A DNA stretch of 40,682 nt, taken from a virus (Duplodnaviria > Caudoviricetes). The DNA is taken from IMG/VR virus record IMGVR_UViG_3300037467_000275, positions 1-40,682 of that record, one strand, 5' to 3'. The number at the start of each line of letters is the position of its first letter. Position 1 is the first letter of the stretch. Both the position numbers and the translations under genes were made by a program. Shown here one piece after another: positions 33,537-40,682 of the stretch. The notes below the pieces were generated by a model. The model was not told where the DNA came from, made no database searches, and saw nothing but the letters and a program-made list of their open reading frames with translations.

Positions 33537-34090
33537 ACGACGAGCGGGTCCAGCGATACGCCAAGGCTCTTGGCTGGAGGCGTGACATTGAGGCCGGCGC
33601 GATCCGAGCCATGCTCGACGAGCAGGTCCAGCGGGTCATGGCCGTGGCGGACGCCGAGCTGGCCGAACTGCGCTCCGAGAACGAGCGGCTGCGAGAGGAG
33701 CGCGATGCCGCACAGGAGCACGTCGCCTATCACCTTCGGGACTACAGCCTCAACGGAGAAGCGGCGGGTGATCTGGCGGTCGACATGGCTGCCTACTCGG
33801 GGCGACTGAGGATTCGCGCTGAGGCTGCCGAGCGTGAGTTGGCCGACGAGCGGGCCATCCGCGCGCGAGTCGAGGTGTTGCTGTGTGAGTACGAGACCAC
33901 CCAACCGAAGCGGCCCGCGTGGCAGTCGGTCGCCAACAATATTCGCGCCGCCCTGGCCGGTCCCGAGCGTTGCCACGCTGACCGCGACGGCGACTGCTGG
34001 GAGACGTCTGTCTGCCCGCAACTCCGCGACGGTGAGCCCAAGGCCACAGGACGTCACTGCCCTCTGGACATCCCCGAGGTAACCGAATGA
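33530..34090 (+). CDS. Coiled-coil hypothetical protein (MAVADAE family)
   Basis: Coiled coil plus C-terminal CHADRDGDC...CPQ..HCPL. Confidence 0.65.
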   Translation: MVNDERVQRYAKALGWRRDIEAGAIRAMLDEQVQRVMAVADAELAELRSENERLREERDAAQEHVAYHLRDYSLNGEAAGDLAVDMAAYSGRLRIRAEAAERELADERAIRARVEVLLCEYETTQPKRPAWQSVANNIRAALAGPERCHADRDGDCWETSVCPQLRDGEPKATGRHCPLDIPEVTE

Positions 34091-34260
34091 GCGCCCAGCC
34101 GGAAATGGATGCGCTCAACGCCCAACGCATATACGAGAAGTTCCGCGACCTCGCCGCCATCGGCTGGGTCATCGAATCCCGCGAACGGCAAGGGCTGCCC
34201 GTGCCCTCCACCTATGACGAGATCCACAGTATGGCCGACGAATGGAAGGCGAAACGGTGA
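34087..34260 (+). CDS. Hypothetical protein
   Basis: Not in the ORF track; GAGGT RBS, ATGA overlap, 57 aa. Confidence 0.55.
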   Translation: MSAQPEMDALNAQRIYEKFRDLAAIGWVIESRERQGLPVPSTYDEIHSMADEWKAKR

Positions 34261-34464
34261 GCACACGCAAGGAGCGCGCCGAACGTGCAAACCGCAGTCT
34301 CAAGCGCTGCCGCGGCTGTGGCGGATGGAGAGTCGGCCCGCACTTCGACCCTTGGACAAAGACCTACATCTGCCAGCGCCCAAAGGAGACGAACGCATGA
34401 CCACAACGGCTGCCACCGAGCTGGCACTCACGACAGCCCTGAACACCACCCACCGGAGGAACCG

Positions 34465-35169
34465 ATGACCGACTGCGCCAGAGGATGCCTCCTCTACGGG
34501 CTGCACATACCCGGCTGCGGGTGCACCCTCGAATGCCCCGAACACGAACCCCACTGCGAAGGCTGCCTCCCACGAGAAGCCGAAATCGGCCACTACTGCC
34601 AGAAGTGCGCCTTCAACCTCCGCGACGCCATCGACGCGCTCCCACCACTCATCCACGACGTCCACGCCCTCCCCGGAGGATCGCTCGCACCACCCGACCG
34701 GCCCAACAACGGCGACCCCACACGCCGCTCCACCAAGGTCGATCAGATCAGCCCCTCACCCGCCCACGACACCGCCGACGAAGCCGCTAGGTGGCTTCAC
34801 TCCTGGGCCATCGCAGTCGCCGACGAACTGTCCGACCGTGGCCCGTTCGAGTACCGCCGCGACGGCATCCCAGTCCCCAACCCCGCCGCAGAGGCCCGCT
34901 ACCTGACCGCTCGCCTCGCGCACGTCTGCGCCTCCGGGTACGCCAACGACCTCACCGACGAGGCTCGTCAGCTCCGGCACCGCCTCACGCGGGCTGCCGG
35001 CGCCGACAACGCCGACCAGCGCATCGCCAAACCCTGCCCGCACTGCGGCCGGCGCACGCTGATGCGACCCAACGGTGAGGAGTTCATCCAGTGCCGCAAC
35101 CGCGAGTGCGCTGCCGCTTGGGCGTCCGACGAGCTCGGACTGCTCGCTCGTGAGGTGGCGGCGTCGTGA
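34465..35169 (+). CDS. Zinc-ribbon protein, probable late transcription regulator
   Basis: N-terminal Cys cluster and C-terminal CPHC...CRNREC..W; lies before the HTH gene and late promoter. Confidence 0.65.
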   Translation: MTDCARGCLLYGLHIPGCGCTLECPEHEPHCEGCLPREAEIGHYCQKCAFNLRDAIDALPPLIHDVHALPGGSLAPPDRPNNGDPTRRSTKVDQISPSPAHDTADEAARWLHSWAIAVADELSDRGPFEYRRDGIPVPNPAAEARYLTARLAHVCASGYANDLTDEARQLRHRLTRAAGADNADQRIAKPCPHCGRRTLMRPNGEEFIQCRNRECAAAWASDELGLLAREVAAS

Positions 35170-35378
35170 TCCACGACCCGCTCGTCACCACCGCGCAGGC
35201 AGCGTTCCTCCACGGCGTCGAACCGGCCACCATCCGCTCCTGGGCGTCGCGCGGGCTCCTCACCGCAGAACGCCGCGACGGACGATCGCCGCTGTACCGA
35301 CTGTCCGACGTGGACGAGGCAGAACACCTGTCCCGCACACGAGACAACACCGGCCGGACCTCTAGACGCACCGAGTAG
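35166..35378 (+). CDS. MerR/Xis-like HTH protein
   Basis: LVTTAQAA...GV.PATIRSWASRG.L...LYRLSDV. Confidence 0.8.
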   Translation: MIHDPLVTTAQAAFLHGVEPATIRSWASRGLLTAERRDGRSPLYRLSDVDEAEHLSRTRDNTGRTSRRTE

Positions 35379-35398
35379 AGACGCGCTACGTTGAAAGG

Positions 35399-35427
35399 TT
35401 GCGGATGCAACGTCGATGCAGTAGGCT
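35399..35427 (+). promoter_or_regulatory. Putative late promoter
   Basis: TTGCGG-17nt-TAGGCT with GATGCA direct repeats 11 bp apart. Confidence 0.6.
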
Positions 35428-35432
35428 GCGCC

Positions 35433-35804
35433 TAGCGCGACGTCCACATCCTTACGGACGCCGCGTTTTGCATTCCCCAAGCTCCCCACGACACCCATCG
35501 GCGCAACTCGGCCGACATGAACGGCATTCGCGATGCGAGTGCGTGGGTAGATCTCACGGCCCGACAACCAAGGTGCGCGGCGCAGAGTCGCGACGGACCG
35601 TGGCCCCAGACGGACTACTACGCCGCTCTGGGGCGTAAACCTCGGCACCACTCGACCCGACGCGGCACGGGAGCGGTGCACCGCCAGACGCGAAGAGCAC
35701 TGGCAACCTTCGGCGCGGCCCCGATTGACACGGGGCCGCGCCAACCCCTTCCCCCTGCCCGACGCCCATGCGTCCGGCCGAGCGAAACGAGCACCGACAT
35801 GGGC
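35433..35804 (+). ncRNA. Candidate structured non-coding RNA / long leader
   Basis: About 370 nt with no well-supported gene start and a series of complementary helices (see findings). Confidence 0.4.
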
Positions 35805-36044
35805 ATCGCCGATCTCGTCGTCTCCACCGAGAAAGTCCGCAAAGGGCCACCCTGCTCCGTCTGCGAGGCGTTGAACCGTCTCCCCGAGGATGAGGCTGCC
35901 GCGCTGGTGCGGTTGCTGTCTGACCCTGCGGTGCGGTACACGGAGCTGTCTGCTGCGTTGGCGGGTGAGGGCCTGGATTTGGCGGATGGGACGTTGTCGC
36001 GTCATGCCCGCGGTCGCTGCGAGGCAAGGACGAAGCTCCGATGA
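35799..36044 (+). CDS. Zn/HTH-like hypothetical protein
   Basis: PCSVC...TLSRHARGRC. Confidence 0.7.
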   Translation: MGIADLVVSTEKVRKGPPCSVCEALNRLPEDEAAALVRLLSDPAVRYTELSAALAGEGLDLADGTLSRHARGRCEARTKLR

Positions 36045-36205
36045 GGTGGCTGGTCGAGCGCACTCGTGACCAGTTCGAGGACGTCGACGCTGAGTACGTC
36101 AAGATCGTCGACGGCTGCCTTGAGTTTCGCGACTCCGTTTGGGAGGCGCCGAAGCTCCTGATCGCCGCAGGTCAGTGGATCACAGTGTTCGAGGCTGCAG
36201 AGTGA
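36041..36205 (+). CDS. Hypothetical protein
   Basis: ATGA/GTGA overlaps on both sides, 54 aa. Confidence 0.55.
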   Translation: MRWLVERTRDQFEDVDAEYVKIVDGCLEFRDSVWEAPKLLIAAGQWITVFEAAE

Positions 36206-37047
36206 GCATCGCAGGGATTGAGTCGCGCATCAACGTCACGAAGATCGCTCCCGGCGTCCGAAACCGCATCCTCGTCCTCGACGTCGAGCGTCTCGGCGGC
36301 ATCACCCAGCAGCACTACTGGGACCGCCGCGACCTCCAGAAACGCTACATCCACCACGAGAGCGTAATCCGCGAGCCGCGCACCACCATCGTGTGCGCCA
36401 AGTGGTACGACCAGCCCGACGTGATCCGCCTCGCCGAATGGGACAAGGGCGGCCGGGGCGCGTTCCTCAAAGCCGTGCACACGCTCGTCGCAGAAGCCGA
36501 CATCATCGTCGGCCACAACCTTGACGGGGCCGACATTCCCTGGCTCGAGGGCGACTTCTACTTCCCGCGCATAGGCCACTCGCACCGGCCGCGGCTCAAG
36601 CCGCTGCCGCCGTTCAAGACGGTCGACACGCTCAAGGTCGCCAAGCGGTTCAAGTCCGGCGTGCCGTTCAAGTCGCTGAACGCGCTGTGCCAGATCCTCG
36701 GCATGCCCGCCAAGACAGACGTGTACGACCGTGAGGCGATGGAGCGAGCCGTCGCCGGTTCGGTCGAGGACCGTGAGCGGCTGACGGACTACTGTGCTGG
36801 CGACGTGATCGCGACGCAGGGCCTGTACGACTGGTTCCGCCCGCACATCAAGAACCACCCGGCGCTATTCGTCGACGGCCAGTCGAAGCTGACGACGTGC
36901 AACCGTTGCGGCAACGAGACGAAGGACGTTGCGCGCCGGTACGTCGCGAACGTCTTGACGTATTCGATGGTCCGCTGCACTGAGTGCAAGGGCTATTCGC
37001 GGCTCAGCATCGAGCCGGAGCGCATGACAATCGTTCGGGGTGTCTGA
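36202..37047 (+). CDS. RNase H-fold / DnaQ-like (DEDD) exonuclease with C-terminal Zn ribbon
   Basis: ILVLDVE, GHNLDGADI, VDTL, YCAGDV, CNRC/CTEC. Confidence 0.82.
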   Translation: MSIAGIESRINVTKIAPGVRNRILVLDVERLGGITQQHYWDRRDLQKRYIHHESVIREPRTTIVCAKWYDQPDVIRLAEWDKGGRGAFLKAVHTLVAEADIIVGHNLDGADIPWLEGDFYFPRIGHSHRPRLKPLPPFKTVDTLKVAKRFKSGVPFKSLNALCQILGMPAKTDVYDREAMERAVAGSVEDRERLTDYCAGDVIATQGLYDWFRPHIKNHPALFVDGQSKLTTCNRCGNETKDVARRYVANVLTYSMVRCTECKGYSRLSIEPERMTIVRGV

Positions 37048-37196
37048 TGGGCTGCGAGAACTGCGCCATATGCACCGCGCTCGACTCCATCAAGGTGCGC
37101 GACGTGCTGTGGTGCCCGATCTGCGCGCTGCGTGAGATCGCGCTCGGCCTGCCGACGTGCATCATGTGCGCCGCCGACCAGCCCGCACCGTCGTGA
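37047..37196 (+). CDS. Small Cys-rich protein
   Basis: CENCAIC, CPIC, CIMC in 49 aa. Confidence 0.5.
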   Translation: MGCENCAICTALDSIKVRDVLWCPICALREIALGLPTCIMCAADQPAPS

Positions 37197-37285
37197 GTGA
37201 CGAGATCCAAGCCGCCACGTGGGTGTTCCTGATCGCGGCGTCCCTCATCGGGGCGCTGCTGTGGTGGCTCGTCAAGGGCGAGTAA
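37193..37285 (+). CDS. Single-TM mini-protein (30 aa)
   Basis: MSDEIQAATWVFLIAASLIGALLWWLVKGE. Confidence 0.45.
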   Translation: MSDEIQAATWVFLIAASLIGALLWWLVKGE

Positions 37286-37443
37286 GCCCCTGCGCTTCAC
37301 ATCGCCTTAGTTAAGCGAAGACGCCAAGTCTTAGTAAGCGCGGAAACCTATAAGGGTTTAAAGGTTTCCTGCAATCCACCCCCGACGCCCTCCTCCACGG
37401 ACGCCGACCAAGCAGCCGCGAGGCTCCAAGCTCGGAGTGCCCC

Positions 37444-37638
37444 ATGACCGCAGACGAAGCAATGGCCTACTACGCCACCCGCGCCAAAATCGCCGGACTC
37501 AACGGCGACGAAGCCGCGCGCGAACACTGGATCGAACGCATCAACCGTGTCAGCGACCAGCGAGAAGCGGAACGACGCCGGGCCGAGTTCGACCTGCTCA
37601 AAGGCTCCCCAGACCACTCGGCGGTGCGCCATGGCTAG
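37444..37638 (+). CDS. Hypothetical protein
   Basis: GGAG RBS. Confidence 0.6.
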   Translation: MTADEAMAYYATRAKIAGLNGDEAAREHWIERINRVSDQREAERRRAEFDLLKGSPDHSAVRHG

Positions 37639-37801
37639 ACGCATCGTGACATGGGACGAGCAGGACGCCTACACGCCGTGGCGGAAGCTCTACTGCTACC
37701 TACAGCGCCCCGGCGCCGTCAAGGGCATCAAGCGCCGCACCCACCGCCGCGAACGCCGTGAGGGCAAGGCTGAGATCCGTGAGCAGGTGCGCGATGTCTG
37801 A
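37631..37801 (+). CDS. Small basic hypothetical protein
   Basis: WDEQDAYTPWRK...KRRTHRRERR. Confidence 0.6.
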   Translation: MARRIVTWDEQDAYTPWRKLYCYLQRPGAVKGIKRRTHRRERREGKAEIREQVRDV

Positions 37802-37997
37802 ATGGCACGGCTGCCACTACTGCGGCCCAGGTGTCCGCGGCTACGTCTACTGGACGCACTCCATGATCGACGTCGAACGCCACACGTGCTACCACCACGC
37901 CCGCGAGCTCAGCATCGACCTCGGCGTGGCCGGCTGGATCAGGGTCACCGAAGACGAATGGTTCACCGAAGCCAACCGACTCGAGGGGGCGCTGTGA
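37794..37997 (+). CDS. Small Zn-binding hypothetical protein
   Basis: CHYC...CYHH. Confidence 0.55.
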   Translation: MSEWHGCHYCGPGVRGYVYWTHSMIDVERHTCYHHARELSIDLGVAGWIRVTEDEWFTEANRLEGAL

Positions 37998-38191
37998 TTT
38001 TGCAGGCCGGGTTCTCCGACGGCGCCTACGTCCGCTTCGACGACGAAAACCGCAAAGGGCGCATCCCCACACCCGAAGTCATCGACGACATCCTCGGCCG
38101 CATCGAACGCACCGTGACCCGCATGAACGCCGGCATCGTCCTCGACCTAGTCGACCTCAGCGACGTGGACATCGACGCGCAGAGTGACTGA
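37994..38191 (+). CDS. Hypothetical protein
   Basis: GAGGGGG RBS, GTGA overlap. Confidence 0.5.
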   Translation: MILQAGFSDGAYVRFDDENRKGRIPTPEVIDDILGRIERTVTRMNAGIVLDLVDLSDVDIDAQSD

Positions 38192-38327
38192 CGCCGAACG
38201 CGACGCACTCTGGCGCTGCGCATGGTGCCACACATGGTGGGTAGTGCCAAGCCTCGCCAGGTGCTGCGAGCAACGCTGCTCTACATCGATCGGCGGAACA
38301 CCGGATACGCCTCAGGCCGGCCCTTAG
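38184..38327 (+). CDS. Small Cys-rich protein
   Basis: WRCAWC..WWVVPSLARCCE; its 3' end overlaps the convergent gene. Confidence 0.45.
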   Translation: MTDAERDALWRCAWCHTWWVVPSLARCCEQRCSTSIGGTPDTPQAGP

Positions 38328-38535
38328 TGTCCATCGCCACAGACCAATGCTCAAGGCGCCAACCTGCAGCCTCCACCTCGGCAACCATCATCGACCAGTC
38401 AGTGATGGCGCCAGTCATGCCGTGCATGGTCTGCGGGAAGTTGAGTCGCGGCGTGAAGATCGGTTCGCCGTCCTCGATGGCCTTCGACGCTTCCCGTGCC
38501 AGAGCTGCAGCCTTCGTGTCCTTGAAGAATCCCAT
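38281..38535 (-). CDS. Lone reverse-strand small protein (moron-like)
   Basis: MGFFKD...VEAAGWRLEHWS...VFRR; probably leaderless (TAGGCT-6nt-ATG). Confidence 0.75.
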   Translation of the reverse strand: MGFFKDTKAAALAREASKAIEDGEPIFTPRLNFPQTMHGMTGAITDWSMMVAEVEAAGWRLEHWSVAMDTKGRPEAYPVFRRSM

Positions 38536-38595
38536 TCGCGCAGCCTAGAACCGCCAGCCTCGTGAATGTGGACAAATAGCCACTTTGGAGGGGTC

Positions 38596-38802
38596 ATGCC
38601 AAGGATGTTCGTTGAGGACACACCCACGGCGACTGAGACGCCTCGCGCGCTCGTGTCTCGGCTCATGGCTGAGCTCGACGACCGGGCGGCCCGAGAAGGT
38701 CACCGGGTCGCCGGAGACGTCACGATCCTCGAATACCCCAAGAGCGTCTTCGAGTTCGCACCAAAGATCCGCCTCGAAGCGGACGTCCAGCCTGCCGTCT
38801 AG
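38596..38802 (+). CDS. Hypothetical protein
   Basis: GGAGGGG RBS. Confidence 0.6.
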   Translation: MPRMFVEDTPTATETPRALVSRLMAELDDRAAREGHRVAGDVTILEYPKSVFEFAPKIRLEADVQPAV

Positions 38803-38837
38803 CCGCTGAACAAGCGCACCTGATCGGAGAGGCCGAC

Positions 38838-40370
38838 ATGCCCACGTACACATTCCAGATGGCCGGGAACCTGGCAGGCTTCCCCGTGACGGTAACGGAC
38901 GCTACCGCTACCACAGTCACGACCGGAACCCTCGACGGGAATGCGCGATTCAGCGCCACTCTGCCGGTGGGCGACTACATCGCCAGCGCGGAATACGCCT
39001 CAAGGACCTACAGGTCCGGTGGCGTCGTAGACCAGGGCGACGCTGACCGACTGTCCCCCGAAGGCGTGGCTGACACCTCCAGAAAGTCCCTTGCGGCATT
39101 CGCGGCGCTCCGGGCTGCCCTCGTCGACGGGTCCCGCTCGTGCGGCATTCAGGTGCTCGGCGACTCTACCGGAAACGACACGTTCGAGTGGCCGTACAAG
39201 CTCGCCGAGTCCATCGCTGAGCGTTACCCGGCGTGGACGGTCCAGCACCGGCTCTGGTCTGATGCGACGCAGCAGTACGCCGCCCCGACGACCATCCAGA
39301 CCGGCACGGCTGGCGCGCGCTATCTCGACTGCTCGACCGGGTCCACGACGCGCCGCCTCGACACGTCCGTGACGACCCACCCGACCAGCGGTGTCCTCGA
39401 CGTTCGCGTCAAGGTCTCACTGACTGACTGGACCCCAGCCGCAAACGTGAACTTCTGCGGCCGCTCCGCATCCGACCCGAACCGGTCATGGTACTGCGGC
39501 CTGTTCGCAGGCTCAGGCAACCCGTTCTTCTCGTTCACGCCCAACGGGCTCGGCGCCAGCATGGTGACCAAGAACCTTGGTGTGACAACGGGATTTGTGG
39601 ACGGCTCCACGAACTGGCTGCGGTACGTGTTCATCCCCGACAATGGCGCCAGCGGCTACGACTTCAAAGTCTACACCTCGGCAGACGGCGTCACTTGGAC
39701 ACAGCTCGGCTCCACCGTCACCACCGCAGGCGCGACCGCGCTCTACAACAACACCGCAACCGCCTACGAGGTGGGTGGTGTCGCTGGCGCCGTCAACTCC
39801 ACGCTGAAGGTGTACGAAGTGCAGATCCGCGACGGTGTCGATGGGCCCAACCTCGTGCCCGCGCTGCCCGACCTGTGGCCCCGGAACAACAGTTCAGGCG
39901 TCCTCGTCGCAGGCGCACCCGTCCTGACCATCGTCAACGGCTCGCACACTGGAGCGCCCATCTCCTACCTCGGTGATGCGACTCGGCTACCCAAAATGAC
40001 GCCCGACTACGGTCAGCTCGTCACCTTCCTGTCCGACCAGCACAACGAGACGACATGGCAAGGCCCAGCGTGGATCGCGAAGTACGACACATGGCGCCAA
40101 CAGGTCGAGGCCCAAGTGCCCGGTTCGCCGGTCATCATCCTCACACAGAACCCCAAGACCAACGCTGACACGTGGTACCGCGAAGGCGCAGCCCGACGAC
40201 TCGACCTGATCGCCTACGCGCGTTCCAAGTCAATCGACTACATCGACACATACCAGGCCTTCCTCGACGCAGGGTGGCCCGGCAACCTCATGGCCGACGC
40301 AATCCACCCCAACGCGGCTGGCCAGCTCGTCTGGCGAGACGCCATCCTCAACAGGTTCCTGATCTCCTAA
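38838..40370 (+). CDS. SGNH/GDSL esterase with inserted lectin-like domain
   Basis: Blocks GDSTG, NGSHTG, HNE and DAIHPN; beta-rich insert between blocks I and II. Confidence 0.85.
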   Translation: MPTYTFQMAGNLAGFPVTVTDATATTVTTGTLDGNARFSATLPVGDYIASAEYASRTYRSGGVVDQGDADRLSPEGVADTSRKSLAAFAALRAALVDGSRSCGIQVLGDSTGNDTFEWPYKLAESIAERYPAWTVQHRLWSDATQQYAAPTTIQTGTAGARYLDCSTGSTTRRLDTSVTTHPTSGVLDVRVKVSLTDWTPAANVNFCGRSASDPNRSWYCGLFAGSGNPFFSFTPNGLGASMVTKNLGVTTGFVDGSTNWLRYVFIPDNGASGYDFKVYTSADGVTWTQLGSTVTTAGATALYNNTATAYEVGGVAGAVNSTLKVYEVQIRDGVDGPNLVPALPDLWPRNNSSGVLVAGAPVLTIVNGSHTGAPISYLGDATRLPKMTPDYGQLVTFLSDQHNETTWQGPAWIAKYDTWRQQVEAQVPGSPVIILTQNPKTNADTWYREGAARRLDLIAYARSKSIDYIDTYQAFLDAGWPGNLMADAIHPNAAGQLVWRDAILNRFLIS

Positions 40371-40645
40371 TGCCAGAGAAGATGGGGCGCGACGACAAGG
40401 CCTACCGCCGACTCACCGCCAAGGCACGACGAACCATGCCACCCATCTGCGCCGGACCCGGAGGCTGCGGCCGAGAAATCGACCTCACCCTCCCCTACAC
40501 CGACGCACTGTCATGGACCTACGACCACGCCGTGCCGCTCAGCCTCGGCGGCGACCTACTCGGACCAGGCTGGCCCAAGCACAGGTCATGCAACTCGCGA
40601 CGTCAAACCGGAGCGAACGACCCGAACGTGACCCTTTCATGGTGA
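40370..40645 (+). CDS. Packaging HNH endonuclease
   Basis: C...CGREID...DH.VPLS.GG...HRSCNSRR; last gene, adjacent to TerS across the genome junction. Confidence 0.85.
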   Translation: MPEKMGRDDKAYRRLTAKARRTMPPICAGPGGCGREIDLTLPYTDALSWTYDHAVPLSLGGDLLGPGWPKHRSCNSRRQTGANDPNVTLSW

Positions 40646-40682
40646 GGGTGGGGGGCGACCCCTCAACCGACCCACAGTCAGG

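Noticed and set aside
35712-35745. tRNA-like minihelix or TTGACA promoter
   Set aside because: The loop is ATTGACA rather than TTCRA, no NCCA follows the stem, and there is no -10 at the right spacing.

Overview
The window looks like an essentially complete genome of a temperate, high-GC actinobacterial siphovirus, opened next to the probable packaging (cos) site. The left arm carries terminase, portal, MuF-like protein, scaffold, capsid, head-tail joining genes, major tail, tail assembly chaperones with a -1 frameshift, a short tape measure, Dit and tail tip genes. Next come a divergent AlpA-type HTH micro-module and a multi-membrane lysis cassette with a Zn-peptidase endolysin. The centre holds an HNH gene, attP (3' end of tRNA-His), a tyrosine integrase, two leftward XRE HTH genes, Cro and an excisionase-like gene. 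The right arm has HNH genes, two DNA methyltransferases, WhiB, a RecE-like/RecT-like pair, a short replication initiator, an Hjc-like resolvase, late regulators, a structured ~370 nt non-coding region, an RNase H-fold exonuclease, an SGNH esterase and the packaging HNH. The most notable observations are: (1) an OmpA-like peptidoglycan-binding domain nested inside a CBM inside the tail hub protein; (2) an exact PafBC/RecA-NDp DNA-damage promoter motif in the immunity region; (3) a duplicated structured leader flanking attP; (4) a candidate late ncRNA. All calls come from motifs and synteny read by eye; no searches were run.
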